A stretch of DNA of 40,348 nucleotides, taken from positions 1 to 40,348 of IMG/VR virus record IMGVR_UViG_3300020044_004040; one strand, written 5' to 3'. Position 1 is the first letter of the stretch. Each line of letters starts with the position of its first letter. Under the pieces are notes generated by a model. The model worked only from the letters and a program-made list of their open reading frames with translations, was not told the DNA's origin and did no database searches. A program made the position numbers and the translations under genes. The DNA comes from a virus (Duplodnaviria; Caudoviricetes). Positions 34,101-40,348 of the stretch are shown here, piece by piece.

Positions 34101-35995
34101 TTACGTAGAGCATAACGTGGACCAGCAAGAGTAAGAAATGACCAAGCGCTAACTGTCTTATTTGCAAGATCGCTGTTAGCTAATCCCATCATTTTTTGGA
34201 ACAATGTATTACGAGCTGCGGCCATATCAAGATCTTTGATACCAGGAGCTGCAACTAGGTTGCTAAAGTCTGATGGCATTGAACCTTTTTCACGGAAAGC
34301 ATCGTCAATACCGTGAATAGCTGTATTCTTACCTGTAAGGTAACGAACAAGTTGTTGACCTGGAAGGTTAGTATTGAGGCCACGAATCTCTGAAATAGTA
34401 CCCCAAAGACCGTAGTACATATCTTTGCGCTTACCGACTTCAGTAATAGAATCAAAGGCTGTTGCAAGCATCTTTGCATCACGTGTTGGCAAGACCATAA
34501 CAGCCAAACGATAAATCTTATCGGCTGCATCTTTAGCCGTTACGTCAAAGACGTCTTTTTCAAACATTGGTGCAAGAGTAAGTTTTGCTTTTGCACGGTC
34601 AATTTTGTAGTTGATGTACCTTGTAGAGAATCGAGAGATTCCCTTAAAGTTTGTAGAATCTTTGACTTGCTGAACAATTACGTCCTTGTTATCAATTACA
34701 GTCTTAGCAATACCGTCAGCATCAGTTGATCCGCCAAACCAGTATTCATCGGTTAGCTTAGGGCCAATCTTGGTAAGGTCTTGAATCTTGTTACCAGTAG
34801 TGACGGCAGCAATACGAAGCTTCTGACCTGCGCTCATAGTAGGAAGCAATACGCGCTTGCGACCAATAGCTCCAGTAATCATTTCCTTTGACTGCTTTGC
34901 ATTTTCAAAGAATGCCTTAGCAGTTAGCGGATCTACTATTCCGCCACCAGGTGCTGTCTGGAATACCTTGATTACTTCGTCACCAAACTGTGGGGCAAGT
35001 ACTTCTAAGTTCTTCTTAGCTGCAATAATGTCTTCTGTCTTACCAGACTTTTGCGCCTTGGTTAGATTTTGAAGACCTGCTCCATACTCAGTCCAAAAAC
35101 TTTGTACTGCAGGCTTAGCAAAATACTGGTCGACTTTTTCTCCGCCAAGAACTACATCTAAAGCGTAGTTGCTTACATCATAGAAACGCTTGGCCTTACC
35201 AGCAATAAGTAATGGGTCTGCAAATATACGATATGCAGCATCTACCGCGCCTGATACGGCCTTGTAGAATAATCCTGAACCCTCAAGCTGTTGTGGCGTA
35301 ATAAGGTTTGCGACGAAACGACCAGGTGAGTACTTAGCAGCATTAACTGCATCAAGAGTATCTTGAAAATTTGCACGAGCTGCTTCAACGTCGCCATCCT
35401 TAATACCAGGAATCTTGGTATTGCGAGGATCGGCAAGCATTACATACTTCTGTAATTCCGGCGAAACAGATGCAAGAATCTTCTCTGGGTCTTCTTTAGC
35501 TGCAATACGCATAGCTACATCTACAGCGCCTGGACCAAACATCGCCTTAGCGTTAACGATTCTATCTGGGCTAAATACTTTATCGCCTTTATCGTTTGCT
35601 ATTGTCCAAGCTTCGTCAAGGTTAAGCCCTTGGTCTATTGCAACAGCACCTGTACGATAAACACGTGTAGAGAAATCAGATACATTGCCGAGGCCAGCAA
35701 GGATACCGCTACCTACTGCACCAAGAGCGTTGCCTACAGCACCGCCTGTATAGTGCCAAGCGGTTCCAAAAAAACCACGCTTAGGTTTAATAGCAGGATC
35801 TTCGTTGCCGAAGTTCTTTTGTAAACTGGCTTGCTCTTCTGGTGTAAGTTTATTGTACTTCTGATTGGCTACATCAGCAGGAAGGTTAGAAAGTTGACGG
35901 TGAACAGTTAACGCCTTATTAAAGGCATCAATCTTCTGTTGCTCTTCTGGAGATAACCCCGCAGCAAATGCAGCTGCTTTTAGATTATCCGACAT
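31148..35995 (-). CDS. Large internal virion/ejection-type protein
   Basis: 1615 aa, mostly helical, between portal and scaffold; no tape-measure context. Confidence 0.6.
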   Translation of the reverse strand: MSDNLKAAAFAAGLSPEEQQKIDAFNKALTVHRQLSNLPADVANQKYNKLTPEEQASLQKNFGNEDPAIKPKRGFFGTAWHYTGGAVGNALGAVGSGILAGLGNVSDFSTRVYRTGAVAIDQGLNLDEAWTIANDKGDKVFSPDRIVNAKAMFGPGAVDVAMRIAAKEDPEKILASVSPELQKYVMLADPRNTKIPGIKDGDVEAARANFQDTLDAVNAAKYSPGRFVANLITPQQLEGSGLFYKAVSGAVDAAYRIFADPLLIAGKAKRFYDVSNYALDVVLGGEKVDQYFAKPAVQSFWTEYGAGLQNLTKAQKSGKTEDIIAAKKNLEVLAPQFGDEVIKVFQTAPGGGIVDPLTAKAFFENAKQSKEMITGAIGRKRVLLPTMSAGQKLRIAAVTTGNKIQDLTKIGPKLTDEYWFGGSTDADGIAKTVIDNKDVIVQQVKDSTNFKGISRFSTRYINYKIDRAKAKLTLAPMFEKDVFDVTAKDAADKIYRLAVMVLPTRDAKMLATAFDSITEVGKRKDMYYGLWGTISEIRGLNTNLPGQQLVRYLTGKNTAIHGIDDAFREKGSMPSDFSNLVAAPGIKDLDMAAARNTLFQKMMGLANSDLANKTVSAWSFLTLAGPRYALRNAGEDLMVNLAIGMSPWGIAKNRMLSTRINTYLQAVNKVEGKNTWFNNPLGMVMRMANKKEVDATAAELTALKNKFDTGQAQLAILRKELSAAQGLKDEASTAIITSKIDEIEKSLKGGITAQAREIFAATLTSGRLNRWRAQLGMKPMNQEEAAILREQILDGDLENAISVASEGGLNMVTGNDYITRATNLERQTGTSVHALTYSAPAGKTFVKKPGERAFDYQALNQLDEASMVSWMFSMSRYANDEMSTMAVANLDNQKLAVGNMVAWMTGTKAGRKFLDDARLSNNMSAQEIATLNFNRARDLFVKRDKSLNEELLNKIRVKDEAGNWKVSGNLTLDDLPTNPDDIPAVIIGPTLVPAVEAERITSSIMANNWTFLGLANARMSRQPIVLQEMVNIRKQFKKSGFEDAWIASYTKGINPDNTGGIAAATARAKKDLALVVEERALSQTLSYVDNPLVRTQLAFSLRNFARFYRATEDFYRRMYRVVKYNPEALVKAALTYEGVTHSGWIQQDDQGNDYFVYPGIAPVYNAIQTALNGIGIGSEFKTPFPVEFGAQVKMLTPSLNPDSLIPTFSGPLAGISVTTLSQIVNIWSPGAADTIKGYALGKYSVDQPILSAILPAHINRLYAAMNTDERNSQYASAWRKAVTYLEASGNGLPKKYDEEGNLIPPTPAEQEEYRLAVKNTTLSVLGMRFAFGFFAPASPQVQLKSDMAQWISDNGRSNFKQLFNNLLDQYPGEYDKAMAKWVELYPNQIPFTITESERKSIAPLRYSEEAGTFVDQNGELFKDYPSAGAFLIPHKSGFSWDTYKTLKDSGLVKNKRVEDYLRDVQTASDLQQYYAKKEEFEVALTNSSVDFERTQLRKEFDAWKTTFFAGRPLVAEELSEGSQKAINRLRTLDELKAMLDADIRVRPNTESALRDMMNVYEDYKTSKDSYEQFGGSSSFQKMLKQETIVKLRELSEYNENTKAAYDVLFGRLLGD

Positions 35996-36405
35996 TAGTT
36001 ACCTCGTGCTAGTGCATCTTGATACAAGATAGCGATAGATCCATCTGTATCGAATGGAAGCATCTTAGCTAAAGTATCTGAAAGCTTTTCTACTGGCTTT
36101 GCTCCAGCAAGAATTGAAGCGTCAGGACCTGGGCCAATCTTGTTGCCGTACATAATGTCACGATCTGGGTAAGCAGATGGTGCAAACAAATCTGTTATTG
36201 GTGCCTGTGCTCCACCTGAAACTACTGGTGCTTCTGAAAGCATAGGGTTCTTAGGTGCTCTCTCTAGCGGAGCGCCGCTTTTGGCTGCATCGTATGCAAC
36301 GCCATCACCGTAACCGGTTGACTGGTATTGCAAGTCTGTGCGCTTTGCGAACTTGCCAGGACCTGATACACCCTGCATTGGGTTAGTAGCGTCTTCAAGC
36401 GCCAT
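35995..36405 (-). CDS. Hypothetical protein
   Basis: GVSGPGKFAKRTD; RBS AGGAGG. Confidence 0.8.
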   Translation of the reverse strand: MALEDATNPMQGVSGPGKFAKRTDLQYQSTGYGDGVAYDAAKSGAPLERAPKNPMLSEAPVVSGGAQAPITDLFAPSAYPDRDIMYGNKIGPGPDASILAGAKPVEKLSDTLAKMLPFDTDGSIAILYQDALARGN

Positions 36406-36619
36406 CTGTATCCTCCTGAATAGTTTCTAAATCTTGTGCGAACTCATCCCATATCTTATTAACCTTAGTGGTTCGGTTGGAATGATAAATTGATAATTCG
36501 TATAGTGCTTCAAACAAGCCGGTAAATACCTGGCTTATGTTATAGATAAACTCTGTCAGTATTACTAAAGCATCAGTGGGGCGGACCGGACGCGGTACGT
36601 CTTTATAATCGTGATGCAC
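36395..36619 (-). CDS. Hypothetical protein
   Basis: 74 aa; RBS GGGAGG; GTG start. Confidence 0.7.
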   Translation of the reverse strand: MHHDYKDVPRPVRPTDALVILTEFIYNISQVFTGLFEALYELSIYHSNRTTKVNKIWDEFAQDLETIQEDTDGA

Positions 36620-36643
36620 GTCCGGCCTCCCAACTAAAGTTAT

Positions 36644-36784
36644 TTACTTCTTTACTTTCTTGCCTGGCTTAGCTGCTCCAGCAAAAGGCTGCTTAACATC
36701 TCCGCCTGTTACCTTGGCTCCTGCTCCTGATGTACCGTGAATTGGCTTTGACATTGGAGCTGGTGCTTGTGTTCCTTTTTTCAT
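36644..36784 (-). CDS. Small basic Gly/Lys-rich protein (46 aa)
   Basis: MKKGTQAPAPMSKP...KPGKKVKK; RBS GGGGGTG. Confidence 0.7.
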   Translation of the reverse strand: MKKGTQAPAPMSKPIHGTSGAGAKVTGGDVKQPFAGAAKPGKKVKK

Positions 36785-36801
36785 ATTTCACCCCCTTAGA
36801 G

Positions 36802-38550
36802 TTATGCCGCGCCGCCGATTGATGCGAGCAATGATGCGATGTCTGGTCGTCCTTGTGGTCCGCCAGCAGCAGGGGCTGCACCGCCAGGTTGTTCCATACT
36901 TGGCTGCGAGGCAGAGGCGGGAGCCATACCTGCTACTGGGGATTGAGGGGCCATTGCTGGCATCTCAGGTTGAGGTTCTGGCGTAAACGCCTTCTCCACA
37001 ACCGATTCGATTGTGAGTCCCTTTTGGCGACCCTTGATCATCTCTGCGAAAGAGTTGAGTATCTTGGTTGGATCTTGTCCTTGTGCAACCATCTGTGGGA
37101 TTGCTAGGGCAGTCTGTCCAATAGCTGCACGAAGTGCATCGCGCATCTCTTCAATATCAACCTTTTGCTCTTCCTGAGTTACGTTAATCTCGATAGGAAG
37201 CTCACGGCGTACATAATCGCGTGATACGAGCTTATCGCTACGCATTTGCAATAGTGCGACAGTTGCATTGTTTGGGTTCATACCAGACATAATGCCGTAA
37301 CGGACATCTACTGTGTAGTCACCGTTGATAGCCTTAGCTGGGTTGTACTTAAGTGTGAATGGAGTTCCATCGTCAACACCACGAATCTCTTTAATGGTAT
37401 TGCCGAAGACCTTCTCATCAACCTTAAAGCAAACAGCAATAAGTTCTACGAAGATACGTGCAAAGTGTGCCTGTGCTGCCTTGATCTGTGTATCAAAGCC
37501 TGCCTGAAGTGCCTGTACTCCACGACCTGTAACTACAGATGCGTCAGTATTACCAGAACGTGTTTCTGGGTAACGAGCACCGAGTCGAAGTTCACGCTCA
37601 AGTACCTGTGATTCACCGAATACACCGTTAGGTAGTTCTAGTGGTACACGACGGATAGCTTGTGGGTTAGCAGAACGCATAATAGAGTCTGGACCAAGGG
37701 CCAACTCTTGTACATCTTGCGGAATAGCGATAGGAGCTTGGATAGATTTCTCAGCTGCCTGAATCTGGAGTACTGCAAAGCGTGCTCGTGCAAGCTGAAC
37801 ACCTAATACATCATCATATTGACCACGTGCTTGGCCATCAATAGATGGACGCATAGCAACACGGACCATACACTCACCGATTGGGTTAGGTGTCTTAACT
37901 AAAACTAGGTTCTTACGGTCTGGCAAGTAGATAAGGTCCTGATCCTTGTCGTGATAACGAACTAAGGATAGATATGGGGAACCTGGTGTGAACTGGTTGC
38001 GTCCCATAATCTCTTCAGCAAACTCTGGGTACATTGAAGCTAGGTTTTGTGCATCCATACCCACGATTTGGGTAAGAGATAAGCAACGACCAAAGCGGTC
38101 TACTTCAGGATATGCACCAAATGGGTTGATAACCTGAATGATTGGGTTGTTATCTTCGTAATCTAGCTCTACACGTGCGATTAACTGGCCATATGTGTTA
38201 TACCAGTCAGCGCCGGTGTACATCTGTACGCCTAATTCAGACTTATCTACATAGTAATTAGCGATACGGCCACGAAGATCTGCTGACTTACGTGCTGTAT
38301 CAGATACCATATTAGATGCAGAGCAGTTAAATGATGGTAGCGGAGCCATAGCTTCTGCAAGGTCACGTGCTGATACGTCAATAATATTAGCAACGAGAGG
38401 CTTGGAGTAATCCTCTGAGAACATCGCAGGGTAAACCTTTGAGATGTCGCCCTGACGTACCGAAAGGACGTCACGCATACGCTGATCACGCTGAGCGTAA
38501 TGAGTCTGTAAGCGTGCAACCTTAGCGGTTACCTCTTTAACATTTAACAT
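36802..38550 (-). CDS. Portal protein
   Basis: 582 aa, downstream of terminase; VANIID, helical core, Pro/Gln-rich tail. Confidence 0.85.
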   Translation of the reverse strand: MLNVKEVTAKVARLQTHYAQRDQRMRDVLSVRQGDISKVYPAMFSEDYSKPLVANIIDVSARDLAEAMAPLPSFNCSASNMVSDTARKSADLRGRIANYYVDKSELGVQMYTGADWYNTYGQLIARVELDYEDNNPIIQVINPFGAYPEVDRFGRCLSLTQIVGMDAQNLASMYPEFAEEIMGRNQFTPGSPYLSLVRYHDKDQDLIYLPDRKNLVLVKTPNPIGECMVRVAMRPSIDGQARGQYDDVLGVQLARARFAVLQIQAAEKSIQAPIAIPQDVQELALGPDSIMRSANPQAIRRVPLELPNGVFGESQVLERELRLGARYPETRSGNTDASVVTGRGVQALQAGFDTQIKAAQAHFARIFVELIAVCFKVDEKVFGNTIKEIRGVDDGTPFTLKYNPAKAINGDYTVDVRYGIMSGMNPNNATVALLQMRSDKLVSRDYVRRELPIEINVTQEEQKVDIEEMRDALRAAIGQTALAIPQMVAQGQDPTKILNSFAEMIKGRQKGLTIESVVEKAFTPEPQPEMPAMAPQSPVAGMAPASASQPSMEQPGGAAPAAGGPQGRPDIASLLASIGGAA

Positions 38551-38559
38551 TGTAATCCC

Positions 38560-38739
38560 TTAGTAAGTAAGGCCGTCAACCTTTGTTGGCCATTCGACCT
38601 TATCTGTGGCTGCAGCTTCTGCCTTAGCCTTAGCGTACTTAGCATCAACTGTAGGGTTGTACTGCGGTGTAGTTACCGCACCCTTGTCGATGTAGTAATC
38701 TTCTGTTTCTTCTGGCTTATAGCTTGGTGTGATTGCCAT
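38560..38739 (-). CDS. Hypothetical protein (59 aa)
   Basis: MAITPSYKPEE...; fills the gap exactly. Confidence 0.65.
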   Translation of the reverse strand: MAITPSYKPEETEDYYIDKGAVTTPQYNPTVDAKYAKAKAEAAATDKVEWPTKVDGLTY

Positions 38740-39159
38740 CTACTTCTTCTTTCCCTTGTTAGCTGCCTTAAGAGCTTTTGCATCTGCTGACTTCTTTGCC
38801 GCATCTGCTGACTTTGCTGGTGCTGAGTTAATCTTTACAACTTTGGCTGGCTTCATTTGCTTAACCGCAGCAGATTCACGTCTTGCTGTTGCACCTGATG
38901 CTCTATCGTTTGTTTTGGCAGTAGAAAATTCATTCATTCGCTTTGCTTCAGATGGGTTGGTGCTGGTTCTTACTTTAACGCTTCGGTTGGCAACATAATT
39001 AGTAGACATTGCATCAATAGCTTTTTGACGTTCAGCTTTTTTGCTTTTGTTATTTGATTTAGAAACTGCTTTAACAATAGCCCGACCACCGCGTGATGCT
39101 GCTCCAGCTACTCCGCCCATACGAGCTGGCAAGCCACCTGATTCTCCACGTAATTTCAT
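38740..39159 (-). CDS. Lys/Ala-rich basic protein
   Basis: RBS AAGGAG before ATG 39159; highly basic, low complexity. Confidence 0.7.
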   Translation of the reverse strand: MKLRGESGGLPARMGGVAGAASRGGRAIVKAVSKSNNKSKKAERQKAIDAMSTNYVANRSVKVRTSTNPSEAKRMNEFSTAKTNDRASGATARRESAAVKQMKPAKVVKINSAPAKSADAAKKSADAKALKAANKGKKK

Positions 39160-39169
39160 TGTTATCTCC

Positions 39170-40348
39170 TTAGACGAATGTTTTGTTTTGTTCAAGTAGC
39201 ATCTCGTCAATGTTGACGACAATTCTTCTGCCCTGTTCTGCTCTAGACAGGAACGGGTTCTTCATATGGTGGGTAGCGTACTGGCCGTAGTTGAGCATTT
39301 CGCGTGCTCGGATTTCACAGAACCATAAAGCCATAACCATATCGGTCTTACCCTTAGTGGTTGGGGTCCAGGTAATCAACTGCTCAATAAGAGCCTTGAC
39401 CATCTCTGACTGATCACTGGGTAAATGTATTAAGTTATCTCGGTGGTGCTTTCCATCTGGTTGCTTTGTCCCGAAAAGGGTAGACATTGAAGCAACACCG
39501 AATCCTGAATCCCACTTATTGCTACCGGTATGGTGTTCCTTGAGGATAACGCCACGAGAAGCAAGGTGTTGTTTGATTCCTTCGTCCTGAGTTAAGAACG
39601 CCTGAAAAGCATTCTTCTCAATAATCCACTCTGAAGGACTATAAAGCTGAGTCCAATTAATAATAATGTCACGAATTTGCTGCGGTGACGGACGAGTAAT
39701 TTTAATAGCATCGAGTATGTACCTTTTAGAAGTAGCGCGGTCAATAGCGTAAGCAACAGCGTGTATCTCCTACAATGGCTGGATCCATACCACAGACAAC
39801 TGTAAAGCCTTGTACATTCTGCGGATGGCCTGGGTAGCCTGGCTCTAATCGGCCAGCTTTACGCATACCATCTATAGCACCTTTAACACATACCGGGTCA
39901 AAGGCTGCATTTTCTGATATATCTTGTTGCTGATATACCAAAGCCCAGGTACTTGCATCCATAGCTTGTCGTTCATTAAACAAGTTACGACCAGACCAAC
40001 GAGGATAGAGTCCATTCTCGTCTTGATCTGCTTCGCCTTGTCCATCAAAGGGCATATCTGACTTCGGCCATAAGGTGACCCACTTATCAGGGTCTTCATC
40101 TGGTTCCAGAAGGGCTGGCATAGCCAGATATGTCCAAGGTACTTGACCACCGGGATAGCGGTCTTCGGAGCGAAGCTCACGATAGAGGTCAACGGAGGCG
40201 ACACGTGTTCCAATAATAATCAATTTGCCGGTAGGGTTTAGACGAGATCGCACGTCTTGGGTTAACCAGCGTATCTGCTTCTCAAACTCGTTAGCGTTTT
40301 TGAGAGTTACCGCATCGTCTACGATAATCATATCAGCACGCTTGCCGT
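39170..40348 (-). CDS. terL: Terminase large subunit (5' end outside the window; frameshift at about 39761)
   Basis: GKRADMIIVDD Walker B, IIIGTR, YQQ, GMDPA; continues in another frame AVAYAIDR...IEKNAFQ...TDMVMALWF. Confidence 0.9.

Overview
Near-complete genome of a lytic-looking tailed dsDNA phage, very probably infecting Actinobacteria (WhiB gene, actinobacterial-type DnaA boxes, an SLT-like protein ending in GWY, leaderless promoters). Podovirus-like layout: N4-gp56-type capsid, large internal/ejection-type proteins, no tape measure, integrase or DNA polymerase in the window. Layout: 1-480 non-coding control region; 489-5376 (+) early region, a translationally coupled chain of about 24 mostly tiny genes (many CxxC microproteins missed by the ORF track), an SLT-like transglycosylase and an N6-adenine MTase; 5437-12888 (-) replication/regulation (SAM MTase, nuclease, sigma factor, split primase, HJ resolvase, DnaB-like helicase, WhiB, Cas4-like exonuclease, HEXXH protease); 13448-40348 (-) lysis, tail/fibre genes, a collagen fibre plus two glycosyltransferases, capsid, scaffold, internal proteins, portal and a frameshifted terminase running off the window. 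Best candidates for something new: (1) a promoter- and terminator-bounded ~65-nt RNA at 5376-5445 whose two single-stranded arms are complementary to the extended Shine-Dalgarno motif shared by the early genes; (2) a twice-repeated, covarying structured RNA element in the early operon; (3) a collagen-fibre glycosylation cassette with its own leaderless promoter; (4) host-type DnaA boxes plus iterons at the genome end; (5) strong GATC enrichment in the early region against apparent genome-wide absence of CATG; (6) an AUU-initiated fibre paralog. All family calls come from motif recognition by eye and all counts are manual; no database searches were run.
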